Positions 11,643 through 23,699 of a DNA stretch of 53,207 nt are shown here, one piece after another. The stretch's first letter is position 1. The number at the start of each line of letters is the position of its first letter. The notes beneath the pieces are model-generated. The model worked only from the letters and a program-made list of their open reading frames with translations. It had not been told where the DNA came from and did not search any database. The DNA is from Octopus bimaculoides (Eukaryota): positions 11,769,127 through 11,822,333 of the forward strand of contig NC_068987.1 in assembly GCF_001194135.2 (NCBI RefSeq), read 5' to 3'. The position numbers and the translations under genes were made by a program.

Positions 11643-11905
11643 ATTAAACGTTTTGTTAATGTGAACACTGTACATCTCTCTCTCCCATCTTTTAGCTGGA
11701 AATCCATTTAAAGCTAATACAGGTGAAGATGGCAAATTAAGGCCTTCTTTTATGTACATTCTGAGAGAATTTGAAAAATAACCATCTTTATAATACCAAA
11801 ATGTAACACAACTTGTATCACTATTTGGAGTGAAATCTGGACTGATAAGCCGGAACTTTTTGTTTGTTTGATTTAAATGTTTAACAAATATATAATGACC
11901 GCCGT
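11643..11905 (-). CDS. Exon 23: MAM7 middle (GGHYIFV...SCVTFWYYKDG...KRWERE...KTFN)
   Basis: TTTCAG acceptor, GTAAGT donor, 263 nt, phase 1-0. Confidence 0.9.
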
Positions 11906-12174
11906 CTGAAATGGAAAATAAGAGAAAATACTTGAAATACGCTTTTAAAAATAGTTTGCCAAAACACAGAAGTTTGTAAAATAAAGTAGTATTTTTTTTN
12001 NNNNNNNNNTATCTTGAAATTTTTTCCTTTCTTTAGCTGTAACAGAGAATTTAGAAAAAGGCATCATTTTTTTAATCATAGATTTTTCAAAGACTATAAA
12101 GTTTTGTATCTTAATGGAAATATCGATAGAATGTTAAGTCACAATAAAGGAATGTTGTTTATACATACACACAT

Positions 12175-12790
12175 AACCCCAAAGACAAAGAAATAAGAAC
12201 CCACAGTATGGTGGAAGCTATAGCTACTCATAATAAAAAGGAGTACTGGTGGAATGTCCCCGTGAAGACCTTAATAAAATGTAAATGTAATAAACCTGAC
12301 ACAATAATTTGAAATAGAGAAGAGAAACTCTGTACAATTATGGAAATCAGCTGCCCAGTAGATGTTAACATAAAGCTAAAGATCAGTGAAAAAGAAAATA
12401 CTTACGTTGAACTATTGAGAAATTTGCAGTTACTCTATCCAGATTACAAGTTTAGATTTATATCTAATTATTGGGGCACTGGGATATGTAACACACTGCC
12501 TAAATAACAATCTTGAGAAATTAGGCTTATCAAAATCAGGAAGGAGGATTTGAAGACTAGAGATCCAAGCCATCACTGGAACTATAAAAATCTGTAAAAC
12601 TTTCCAGAAGTCTATCATTTAAGTATATATGAGCATGTCTAGGTGCATAGCTATATGCATGAGAATACATACATAAAACAGAACATACAAATCTGCACGT
12701 ATATATACATACAAAAATACCCTGTTGATATTGTTGAAATTCCAATGAAGGAACCTTGGATTTTGGTTAGAAACCAGCTCTTTCCTTATT
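12175..12790 (+). mobile_element. RLE-type (R4/NeSL-like) non-LTR retrotransposon 3' fragment
   Basis: NKPD...IMEISCPVDVN...SEKENTYVEL...IIGALGYV...LEKLG, the restriction-like endonuclease C-terminus; stop at 12620-12622; degenerate. Confidence 0.75.
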
Positions 12791-13201
12791 GGCAAGAAAT
12801 CTTGAAATAAAAATGAATAATGACTTACATACACACATACACACATACATACATACATACATACAAACATACATACATAAATACAAACATTACATACACA
12901 CATGCATATACACACATATATATATATATATACGTACATAATATATATGACAGGCTTCATTCAATTTCCTAAATGTTTTCACAAGGCTTTGGTCAGCCTG
13001 GGGCTACAATAGAAGACACTTGCTCAATGTGTCACACTGTGGGACTGAACCCAAACTCATGTGGTTTGGAAACAAACTTTTTTTACCAGTCAGCCACACT
13101 CACATCTATCATCTACCTAATTGACTTTTCATCAATTAGAAATAACAAATTATTGAGAATCCAATGAATTCTTTATAACTGCCAAAAATAAAGTTCCTTA
13201 C

Positions 13202-13396
13202 CAACTCCAGTATGGTCTTTCATTGCTGCTTTGTCACTTAATCCAATTAGCCAATCACCATCATCTGCTTTATCTTGCTTCCATCCACAGTAATCATTTG
13301 TGAATGCACAAGAAGTTGAGACATCAACTGGAGCTTTTGTCACTGTTGGTTTATTGGTTGTCATGCTGTGTTTTAGATAAGCTTTGGATGGGAATA
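13202..13396 (-). CDS. Exon 22: Thr/Pro/Lys linker plus MAM7 N-part (STSCAFTNDYCGW...DGDW...DHTGV)
   Basis: TTTCAG acceptor, GTAAGG donor, 195 nt, phase 1-1. Confidence 0.9.
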
Positions 13397-13837
13397 CTGA
13401 AATAATTTAAAATTTAGATTATTAACAATATAGCTTTGAGATGTACTTGTATTGCACAGGATTTAATTTGAGGCTATGTGTTGAAACTAAGATCATATTA
13501 GCAATTAAAAAAAAAAAACTGTTAATTTAGTGTCTTTTGCTTTGTTTGAATTCAGAACGTAACAGCAGACGAAATACCACTAAGCATTTTGCCCGGCATG
13601 CTAATGATTCTGCCAGCTCGCTGCTTTGTAATAGAGAACATACATGGTTACCTCAGTTAGAAAAGTAAAGGAGAAAGACAGACATTGAGAAGCGGGGGGA
13701 GAAAGAGTGAGAAAAGAGAGACAAAAAAATTGAAATACATAAGCAAGGAATCAAATTGACAATTTCTAAGAAAGCAATGGTTTCTATTTAGACACAAGAT
13801 ATAATAAAATAATGCTATCATCAGCAGAGAGACTTAC

Positions 13838-14017
13838 TTCTGCAACCTTCGTTTATAAAAGTAATGTCATCCAGAGCTATGCCACCTTGTTCTTTGCCAT
13901 TGATGCCTTCAAATACCACAGAATAAGGTTTCTTTATCCTTGGTAGAGATACCTGGCCTTGCAGCCATGGTTTTCCTTGGTTTCCTTCTAACTGCCAAAT
14001 GGTAATGTTGCTTGAGC
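13838..14017 (-). CDS. Exon 21: MAM6 C-part (SSNITIWQLEGNQGKPW...VVFEG...IALDDITFINEGCR)
   Basis: ATCCAG acceptor, GTAAGT donor, 180 nt, phase 1-1. Confidence 0.94.
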
Positions 14018-14204
14018 CTGGATAAAACAGGAAAAATATTAAAAATTGAAGAAAGATCTTAAACAACTGGAATTAAATTTGAATTACTTGTCCATCAAAA
14101 TACATTATATAAATTTGTGTATATATACAAGAGTTGAGGAATGGAGTAGATAAAATCCAGGCTATATATGTTTCATAACAAGTGGAATCTCAATCCTTGA
14201 GTCT

Positions 14205-14235
<31 letters not shown>

Positions 14236-14668
14236 TTAACTATATGTATCATCATCATCAATACATATAGCTTACACAGAAAAACCTTTTTACATACATA
14301 CTCACATACAGATACACACACGCACAAACACACACATGCACGCACACACACACACGTACACACACAGATACCTTCTATTGTGTGCCTAAGGCCTGGAATT
14401 TGTGGGGATGGAGGTAGTCGATTGCATCAACCCCAGTACTTGCCAGGTACTTAATTTATCAACCCCGAAAGGATGAAAAGCAAAGTCGACCTTGGCGAAA
14501 TTTGAACTCAGAAAGTAGCGCCAGATAAAATACCGCTAAACGTTTCACCTGGCATGCTAACGATTCTGGCTGCACACTGCCTTATACATACACACACAGA
14601 TATATAATCATAATGGTCAATAGTGTTACTAGCTACTTATTTCATTAAAAGGAATCAATTATACAAAC

Positions 14669-14830
14669 CTGCAACGGTTATTACAACTGACAGTCTACTA
14701 ATGTCTTTCCCATTCATGTTGTACCAGAACTGCAGACACTTATCAGAATTAAGTGGTTGGAAAAGTGGACTAACTAACCAAGCTCGGCCAGGGTTAGTTC
14801 CCTTCGCTTTTTCAATATATTGGTAGTGAC
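14669..14830 (-). CDS. Exon 20: MAM6 middle (GHYQYIEKA...KCLQFWYNMNGKDISRLSVVITVA)
   Basis: TTGCAG acceptor, weak GTTTGT donor matching the phase of exon 21, 162 nt. Confidence 0.88.
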
Positions 14831-15199
14831 CTGCAAGAAGATTAAATTATTTATGCAATTCTTTTCTGTTAAAGACATGAAAAATGATACAACGCAGCTA
14901 CTGGACATTTTGCATTAATGTTTTCTGATAATCTGAAGCTGAGATTAAATTATTTTTTGTTGAATCAGTTTTTCTGATTTAATGTGATTTGTCATAATTT
15001 TGTGACTAAGAAATACAATTGTCTCACTGCTTATTTGGTAGATTCAACATGCACATCTAAATAAATCTAAATTGTAGAAATACCTATATATCTATCTATC
15101 TATCTGTCTGTGTGAGATTTGTGTGTGCATATATATGTGTATGTACATATCTATATATGTACATGAATATATATAAATACATATGACGGCCGTCCACTC

Positions 15200-15409
15200 A
15201 TCATTATCATCATCATCATCATCATCATCATCATCTTCATAATCATCATCGTTGTCATCGTTGTCATCTTTATCATCATCATCATCACCATCATCATTGT
15301 CATCATCATCGTCATCCTTCTTGATACTGGGTAATAATTATCATCATCATTATCATTATCATCATTGTCATCGTCATCATCATCATAATTATCATCATTG
15401 TCATCATTG

Positions 15410-15471
<62 letters not shown>

Positions 15472-15520
15472 GTTGTTGTTATTGTCGTCATTGTCGTCGT
15501 CATCATCATTGTCTTCAATA
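15200..15520. repeat. (CAT/CGT)n trinucleotide microsatellite
   Basis: Direct reading; similar tracts at 22378-22485, 24985-25315, 35335-35490. Confidence 0.95.
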
Positions 15521-15993
15521 TCTAATGTCTGTCTTCCATGCTGGCATGGGTTGGTCCTTTCGACAGAATCCAATGAGCTAGAAGACTGTGCAGAGCTCTC
15601 GTGTATGTTTCAGCATGACTTCTATGGCTGGATGCTCTTTCTGATGCCAGCTTCTTGTCAGAGTGTAGCAGGCACTTTTTTCATGACACTGGCGTTAGTG
15701 AGGTGTCCAAGTAACCCACGAAACAAAGAACAGACCTTCAGCTGAGTGGGATTGTAGCATAAGGCAGGAGGAGGCATCATCATACCAGGTGCTGAGGGGC
15801 AAGTATAGCTGTCTTGCTATAGAGGAGATAATGGTTACTCTGTTTTATATAAGGGGGGAAGTAACTGAAAAGAAGATGAGGGCAGTGATCTGGTATCAGA
15901 GAGCATTGTTTCATAATTTTCTGAATTATGTATAAATATTAGAAATGATCTAATTATAAATCTCACAGAGAGAATTAAGCAGCAGTTGTTACG

Positions 15994-16344
15994 ATAAAGC
16001 ATTTGTATACTGTCAACTCAATGTGACATAATTAGATCATTACTAATTTTTGTAATCAGTGAATGTGTTTTCACTAAAAATACATATATTTGCGAGGGTT
16101 TGACATGCATTTTCAACCAGCTAGTGTTGCTACTTCAGGCTGATGATGAGCAATGACTCAGAAACATGTCCCTGAATGCACACTGAGCTGGGTGGGGGTG
16201 CTTGTCTCCCCCTTCCAAATATAAGGACACAGGAAATGTGTTAAGGCCGACAGGAAGCGGTCCAGCTTCCTAGGGCTAAATAGCAGCAGTATGGTTCCCT
16301 TATTGGGACTGTCACATTGAGTTGACAGTATACAAATGCTTTAT
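15994..16344. mobile_element. Composite element bounded by perfect 35-bp inverted repeats, containing a hammerhead and an arm related to the 17441 foldback element
   Basis: ATAAAGCATTTGTATACTGTCAACTCAATGTGACA (15994-16028) and its exact reverse complement (16310-16344). Confidence 0.75.
16134..16176 (+). ncRNA. Minimal type-I hammerhead ribozyme, canonical core (GUC site)
   Basis: TTCAGG CTGATGA TGAG-CAATGA-CTCA GAA ACATGT C CCTGAA: 6-bp stem I, 4-bp stem II, palindromic stem III. Confidence 0.8.
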
Positions 16345-17033
16345 GTATAAATATTTTTATGTATAACTACACATTAAAGCTAAAAAATAAAAAAATGTAA
16401 GAAAACACAAAAGGAATGAAAGATGTTTCATAAAGACCATAAAATAGAAGAAACAACCTAATAAAACACATAAATAGTGATAAAAGAATAAAAATGATGA
16501 AATACTAAAAGATGGAAATTAAAGTCATATCTCTCCTCTTGTTTATTCTTCATGTAAAAGCAATCCCACAGGTTGCATTTTCCTTGGTTTTGTGGTTTTC
16601 CTACCAAGATGTCAGCAAGCAAAGGTTAACAGTAACCACTTGAACATGACACATAGAGTGGATGGCTGCAGTAATATGTTCTAGTCAGCTTAAATGGCAC
16701 GAGAAAATACAAATCTTTCATCTTTTAAAATCATTCATTTTTCGAGAGATAAAACATTTTTCTGACATTTATATCTGCACGTTATATTTTAATTGGTTTG
16801 ATCTTTGACTATCATTAAGTGTGTTATTCTTGTTGAATATGTATGTATCCAGAAATAAGACATCTGATGAAGATAATAGATAGAACCTTTTCAAAAAGAG
16901 TAGCTTATCATAGTCTCACAGATACTACAAAAATATATCACTTTTAGAATATAAAATAACATGGAATGGAAAGAGATATAGCTTGAAACATAGATATAAA
17001 AAAATACATGGGAAATGGATATTTTAAAAATAC

Positions 17034-17177
17034 CTTGTGCATTCTGGTGTGTGTGATCAAATTTTGGGCCTATGTTGGTATTTGAAGCTGAGCCCTTCAA
17101 TTTTATCCAATCAAAATTATCACCAGTGCCTTGAACATTTGTCCATAAACAATTTGAGTCTTCGAAGTCACAATCTC
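17034..17177 (-). CDS. Exon 19: MAM6 N-part (DCDFEDSNCLW...DNFDW...GPKFDHTHQNAQ)
   Basis: TCACAG acceptor, GTATTT donor, 144 nt, phase 1-1. Confidence 0.92.
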
Positions 17178-17440
17178 CTGTGAAAAATTATAAGGTCAAG
17201 ATTATTTCATCAGTTAGCTTGTAAATAATTTTTATGTGATGCAAAACTGTAAGCATGGATGTATATATATCAATATCATTAGTGGAAATTAAGATAAACA
17301 CCAGTATAAAAAATTTAGTTCCAACATACGTTTTACCATTGCAGTTATATGGAACTCAGCATTGGATGTTCCAAGCGCATTTGGTTTCCTAACTGCAATG
17401 GGTCGTCAGAAGAGCACTTTATTGCATATTATAAATATCA

Positions 17441-17774
17441 TGTAGTAAAGATTGTTTGTCAACATAACATGACAATCCTGGTTTAGGACTAATGTTGCTG
17501 TAATTTAGCCCCAGGAGACATTATCTCCAGCTGTTTATATGAAACGATCTGTGTCCTTATATTCTGAAACAGGTATTGCTTTGAACAGATATTGTTTCAA
17601 ACAGATATTGTTTTGAGCTGAGTGGGGGTGCTAGATTCCCTTGTTCAAAAATATAAGGACACAGATCGTGTTGTATAGCCAGCTGGAGACGATGTCTCCT
17701 GGGGCTAAATTACAGCAACATTAGTTCTAAACCAGGACTGCCATGTTATGTTTATGCAAACAATCTTTACTACA
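17441..17774. mobile_element. Foldback/MITE with about 130-bp inverted arms (TGT...ACA ends)
   Basis: TGTAGTAAAGATTGTTTG...GTGTCCTTATATT versus AATATAAGGACACAG...CAAACAATCTTTACTACA. Confidence 0.88.
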
Positions 17775-18563
17775 AAGTACTGTTACTGAATATCTCATGT
17801 TGTGAGATTTAAAAATAGTAATTTTCTATAAATATCATTATAACAAAGCTATTTAATCTATACATCCTGTTTACCCTTTGGAATGGTCAATAATTTTCAC
17901 AAGATTTGTTTACTGAGTATTTGAGTATATAAAAATCATACACGCTGGGTTTCTTTTTTTACAGTTGGTTCCAACCATTTTACCATTGGCCTAGCCAGAC
18001 TACTACATACATAGGTATGCACATAAAAGAAAAGGATATGGATTTCTTCTGCTTCTTTTTGTTGAAATTCTGCCCAAGGTCGATTTTGTCTTTCGTCCTT
18101 TTGGGTTTGATAAAGTAAGGACCAGTTGAGTATGGACGGGGTGTGAGGTTGTTGGTGATATAATCGACTTCACTCTCTTAAAATTGTTGGCCTTGTGCCA
18201 AAATTGGAAACCAATTTTATTGTAGTTGTTGTTGTTGTCACATTAAATGTGATGAGCTAGCAGATTCATTAGCACACCAGACAAAGTACTTAACAGCGTT
18301 TCATGTGGCTCTTTACACGTCTTGAGTTCAAATCCCACCAAGGTCGACTTTGCCCTTCGTCCTTTCAGAGTCGATGAAATAAAGTACCAGTCAAATACTG
18401 GAACAAATGTTATCAACTTTCTCTTCAAAACTAAACTTCTTTCTAAACTTGTGCCAAATTTTGAAATCATTATTATTTCTTCAATTAAAATTCAACATTA
18501 TTATAGAATTGCTAAGAGGTTAAAGGTCAGTTACAATTAAGAATTAAATGAAGGCATTGTTAC

Positions 18564-18654
18564 CTTTCGCTGAACAAGCTCCCAAGGTAAATGAGATGTC
18601 ATCAAGAGCAATATCACCTCGTTTATTTGGTCCTTTCACAGCTTCAAATATCAC
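18564..18654 (-). CDS. Exon 18: MAM5 C-part (VIFEAVKGPNKRGDIALDDISFTLGACSAK)
   Basis: TTCCAG acceptor, GTAACA donor, 91 nt, phase 0-1. Confidence 0.93.
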
Positions 18655-18782
18655 CTGGAACAAATCAAGTTTCATTTATAATTTAAGGTATAACCAATTA
18701 GAAATTAGTCATTTAATGTATATTTATATTTATGATTGTAATTTCATTTTTTGTTTCTTTTAGTTTTGACATTCCGCTTACT

Positions 18783-19209
18783 CTCTTTTACTCTTTTACT
18801 TGTTTCAGTCACTTGACTGCGGCCATGCTGGGGCACCACCTTTAGTCGAGCAAATCGACCCCAGGACTTATTCTTTGTAAGCCTAGTACTTAATTCTATC
18901 GGTCCCTTTTGCCACACCGCTAAGTTACGGGGATGCAAACACACCAGCATCGGTTGTCAAGCAATGTTGGGGGGACAAACACAGACACACAAACACACAC
19001 ACACACACACATACACACACACATATATATATATATACATATATACGACAGGCTTCTTTTAGTTTCCGTCTACCAAATCCACTCACAAGGCTTTGGTTGG
19101 CTCGAGGTTATTGTAGAAGACACTTGCCCAAGGTGCCACGCAGTGGGAATGAACTCGGCACCATGTGGTTGGTAAGCAAGCTACTTACCACACAGTCATT
19201 CCTGCGCCT
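18783..19209 (-). mobile_element. SINE family A, full length
   Basis: Reverse-complement match including head and tail. Confidence 0.85.
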
Positions 19210-19257
19210 ATACTGTGGAATAAAAATAAATGGAAATGTTATAAAGTCTTAACTTAC

Positions 19258-19368
19258 TCTGTAAAGATTTGTCGATGTTTTTGCAATATCAATTGTTGCT
19301 GTATCCACTTGCCATTTATTAGCTTGGTTTCCAGAAATATGGTAAATCCTGTCCATAGTATTGCCAAT
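19258..19368 (-). CDS. Exon 17: MAM5 middle 2 (IGNTMDRIYHISGNQANKWQVDTATIDIAKTSTNLYR)
   Basis: TTACAG acceptor, GTAAGT donor, 111 nt, phase 0-0. Confidence 0.88.
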
Positions 19369-19691
19369 CTGTAAAAGACAGATAAATATATTTCTTTTAA
19401 TTCCATCACATGTTATCTTTTACCTCTTCTTTGTTTCAATCATTGGATTGCAGCCACACTGGAGCATAACATTGGATGGGGGCTTAGATGAACAAATCAA
19501 CCCCAAAACTGATATGTTTTGCAAATCTGGTACTTATTTAATCTGTTACTTTTGCTGAACGGCTAAATTATGAGAATGTAAACAAACCAGTACTAGTTGC
19601 CAAGCAGTAAGCAGGGACAAACACAAATACAAAAATACATATACATACACCTAGACACACACACACACATATACACACACACCTCCACATA

Positions 19692-19907
19692 TGAGGAGGT
19701 GCTGAAAAATTCCTGGTTTAAGGGAGTTGCAAAAGACCTGGCTGGAGGCCCAAACTTCTGAGTTTTTTAATAGGGCTTAGAAAAGCAGAAGGACCACTGC
19801 AATAAGTGTGTGAATATGAGAGGGGAATATGTTCAATAAAATCATAATTAATTCATCCTCCTGCATTTTCTTTTATCTAAAGTCAGGAATTTTTCAACAT
19901 GCCTTCA
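19692..19907. mobile_element. mariner-derived MITE with TA target duplication
   Basis: TA|TGAGGAGGTGCTGAAAAATTCCTG ... CAGGAATTTTTCAACATGCCTTCA|TA; internal remnant resembling a transposase end. Confidence 0.75.
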
Positions 19908-20614
19908 TATATATATGTGTATATATNNNNNNNNNNNNNNNNNNNNNNNNNNNNNNNNNNNNNNNNNNNNNNNNNNNNNNNNNNNNNNNNNNNNNNNNNN
20001 NNNNNNNNNNNNNNNNNNNNNNNNNNNNNNNNNNNNNNNNNNNNNNNNNNNNNNNNNNNNNNNNNNNNNNNNNNNNNNNNNNNNNNNNNNNNNNNNNNNN
20101 NNNNNNNNNNNNNNNNNNNNNNNNNNNNNNNNNNNNNNNNNNNNNNNNNNNNNNNNNNNNNNNNNNNNNNNNNNNNNNNNNNNNNNNNNNNNNNNNNNNN
20201 NNNNNNNNNNNNNNNNNNNNNNNNNNNNNNNNNNNNNNNNNNNNNNNNNNNNNNNNNNNNNNNNNNNNNNNNNNNNNNNNNNNNNNNNNNNNNNNNNNNN
20301 NNNNNNNNNNNNNNNNNNNNNNNNNNNNNNNNNNNNNNNNNNNNNNNNNNNNNNNNNNNNNNNNNNNNNNNNNNNNNNNNNNNNNNNNNNNNNNNNNNNN
20401 NNNNNNNNNNNNNNNNNNNNNNNNNNNNNNNNNNNNNNNNNNNNNNNNNNNNNNNNNNNNNNNNNNNNNNNNNNNNNNNNNNNNNATATAAACGAATAAT
20501 TATATTCTTGGGAATAGAAATTTCCCTTATGAATTTTTTTACACACTGGCTTCTTGATAAAATTCTTGTAAAAGAGTTTTATCCCTTTTTGATATATATA
20601 TATATATATATCGA

Positions 20615-21205
20615 ATCAAACCAAATTCGACAACTGGCATCCATGCCAACCTCTCCTTCATTGGACACTAAACTCTACTTGCGAAGACCTGTTGGGACAA
20701 GTGAAATCAAAATCGTAATTCAACCATATTCGATGACTGGCACCTGTGCCAGTGGAGCACTAACACCACCATCTGAGTGTGATCATTGCCAGAGCAGCTG
20801 TCTGGCTTCCGTGCCAGTGACATGTAAATAGCACCATTTGAGCATGATCGTTACCAGCATTGCCTTGCTGGCACTTGTGTCGGTGGCACGTTAGAAAACA
20901 TTCGAACGAGGTCGTTGCCAGTGCTACTGGACTGGCTTCTGTGCAGGTGGCACGTAGAAAACACCATTTTGAGTGTGTCTGTTGCCAGTACCGCCTGACT
21001 GGCTCTCATGCCGGTGGCGTGTAAAAGCATCCACTACACTCTTGGAGTGGTTGGTGTTAGGAAGGGCATCCAGCTGTAGAAACTCTGCCAGATCAGTTTG
21101 GAGCCTGGTGCAGCCATCCGGTTCACCAGTCTTCAGTCAAATCATCCAACCCATGCTAGCATGGAAAGCAGACGTTAAACGCTGATGATGATGATGATGA
21201 TGATG
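20615..21205 (+). mobile_element. (GAT)n-tailed retro-repeat family C, long copy with about 60-bp internal sub-repeats
   Basis: Ends CCAACCCATGCTAGCATGGAAAGCAGACGTTAAACG(ATG)n. Other copies at about 665-1030, 8655-8960, 11265-11490, 15500-15900, 26430-26880, 32300-32600, 35440-35990, 36130-36280, 38125-38450, 48358-48575, 50195-50420. Confidence 0.8.
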
Positions 21206-21695
21206 ATATATATATATATATATACATACATACAAAGGGCAACGAGCTGGTAGAATCGTAAGCACGCCAGGCAAAATGCTTTGTGGTATTTTGTCTGCCA
21301 TTATGTTCTGAGTTCAAATTCCGCTGCAGTCGACTTTGCCTTTCATCCTTTCGGGGTCGATTAAATAAGTACCAGTTACATACTGGGGTTGATGTAATCG
21401 ACTTAATCCCTTTGTTTGTCCCCGCTATGTGTAGCCCCCTATGGGCAATGAAGAAATATATATACAACATGCTTCACACAATTTCCATATACTAGATTCA
21501 TTCACCGGGCATTTGTTGGCCTGAGGCTATAGAAGAAGACACTCATCCAAAATGCAGAGCAATGGAATTGAACCTGCAACCACACAGTTGCAAAGGAAGC
21601 TTCTTAACCTCAACCGCTCAACCATTTTCCTTTCAACTTCATTTGAACTTGCATGTTTGTTGTATACTGGCAAAATTTAAAAGTGTATAACTCAC

Positions 21696-21847
21696 CTTTG
21701 TATAAATGTTCAGAGTACCGATTCCATTTCCATACATGTGATAATAAAACTGTAGGCAAACGCTGTCAGTGTTTTTGTAGAATGGACTTATCAGAGATGA
21801 TTTCGCTGTTAAGTTCCCATCCATTGCACTCACATACATATAATGAC
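21696..21847 (-). CDS. Exon 16: MAM5 middle 1 (GHYMYVSA...VCLQFYYHMYGNGIGTLNIYTK)
   Basis: GAAAG acceptor after a pyrimidine tract, GTGAGT donor, 152 nt, phase 1-0. Confidence 0.92.
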
Positions 21848-22599
21848 CTTTCAAAGAGAAGAAAAAAAAGCTGCTTGTGAGTAAACAATAACCCTTTAAC
21901 ATTCGGATCAGTCTGTTGACTGTAATGCTTATTTATTTACATTGTTTCAAATCAATCATGCATGGAAAAGAAGACGTTAAAAAGATGATAATGATGATGA
22001 TGAGGTGGATTACACTGATAAACATGTCTTTTTAATTAAGATTAAGAGAGCTGTGTGTGATTTGGGTGAACTCGATTGCTATTTCTAGTGGATCAAGTGA
22101 CCTCAAATGAAGCTTTCTTGGCTGTTGCAGTTGTTACTAGTTAACCCATTACCTACCATAGTTATGAGGATACGGGATTTGTATGCAGGAGTTGAAAAAC
22201 AGCCAGTAAATAGAATGGGGAGGTTACGTATACATTTTTCATACAAAGAAGAAGCTTTGTGAGGGACTGAAAGGAAAAAGAAAAACAACACCAACAAAAA
22301 AATTAGTATTTTGTATAGTTTTAAAAAATCACTATTTCACTTTCCAAAATTATGACTTAGAAAAACTAAACCCTCCTCCTCCTCCTCATCATCATCATCA
22401 TTGTCGCCGTCGTCGTCATCATCGTCGTCGTCATCATCATCATCATCACCACCACCATCATCATTGTTGCTATCACCATCATCATTTAATGTCAAATCCA
22501 ACTGTAGCTGGATTTAAAATTATGATAGGAAAAAAATGAATAAAAAATATCTTGCCGGGTGAATTAAGTTTCTGAATTGATGTTCTATGATGTTTTAAG

Positions 22600-22900
22600 A
22601 AGGTATCTTATGCGTTAAGCTGTTGCAATCGTATGTTAAATAAAAATGTAGCAGAGCCACTGCTTCACAACTCCATTACAGTGGTACATGTGATTAGAAG
22701 TATGTCACAGGAAAGAACCACAAGAGGAATCCGTGAGGCTGAGCCACAACTGGTAGGAGACCTGAGGATAGGTTAGAAACAAGGTAATTGGATAATATCT
22801 ATAGTCTAACCAGATCATGCTTGGGAATCCAGCTGGAAAGTCTGATTATGGTTGCTTCTGAGGATTTTACTCTCATGAACCTCCCAAGAATGGTGGATGA
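22600..22900 (+). mobile_element. Highly degenerate LINE (RTE-X-like) 3' end
   Basis: DNIYSLTRSCLGIQLESLIMVASED resembles the LGI...L..VA.DR terminus. Confidence 0.35.
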
Positions 22901-22993
22901 AGAAAATGGATAGATGGATAGAAGTTATGAATGAAAGCAGATGACTCCACAGAACAATCAGTTGTTTGCAGTTTTCTCAAAAGAACATCTTAC

Positions 22994-23179
22994 CTGAAGA
23001 TGACTCTAATGTATGATCATTTGTTGGTCCGGTCCCTAAGGTATCTGTGCTACCAGAATGTTGGCTCCAGTGGAAGTTTGTCGAGTTTTCAACTGAGAAA
23101 CCGCATATGTCATTAGCTTCAAAATTACAACTCCGTTGTGCAAGAGGAACAGATACATCAGGTTTTCTGGTTGTTAGTT
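22994..23179 (-). CDS. Exon 15: linker plus MAM5 N-part (RSCNFEANDICGF...TGPTNDHTLESSS)
   Basis: TTGCAG acceptor, GTAAGA donor, 186 nt, phase 1-1. Confidence 0.93.
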
Positions 23180-23699
23180 CTGCAAATGATAAAAAGGAAT
23201 CAGTAAATGTGAAAAAAAAAAACCCGAAAAAAAACCCCGAAAAAACAAAACAAAAACAAATCAGGAATGAAAATAAAGTCAAAAATAAATTAAACAAATA
23301 ATGACTATCTTAAAGGAATTAATTAAATAGGCATTCAATATAAAAACCACAGTTACAAAACATTGTCGGGTTTATAAAATCATTGAAGTTGAATTGCAAA
23401 TCAAAATTTCCAAAGGCAAAGACAAATGATTGAGGCTGTTGACAATATGCCATGCTTGAGAAGACCCATCAAGCCAAGTGAAATCAGAGACATGGAAGAT
23501 ACTGGTGTCACACAAATGGCACCCATGTCAGTGGCACGTAAAAGCACCCATTACACTCTCAGAGTGGTTGGCGTTAGGAAGGGCATCCAGCTGTAGAAAA
23601 CCATCCATGCCAAATCAGACTGTTGGCACATGCACATTGTTTGTTTTTCAATTTGTCAACTACACTGTATAGTTGGGCACCGTCTGTGAGAAAAGCAGC

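Noticed and set aside
15151-15745. Long poly-D/H/S/M ORFs (also 24943-25348, 35312-35732, 2637-2900)
   Set aside because: These are translations of trinucleotide microsatellites.
17360-17415. CTGACGA...GAAAC on the minus strand
   Set aside because: Stem II is mismatched, position 16.1 is not U, and there is no stem I.
19829-20831. ORFs of 200-350 aa made mostly of X (also 36479-37559, 43852-44251, 45772-46824, 47928-48493)
   Set aside because: Artefacts of N gaps.
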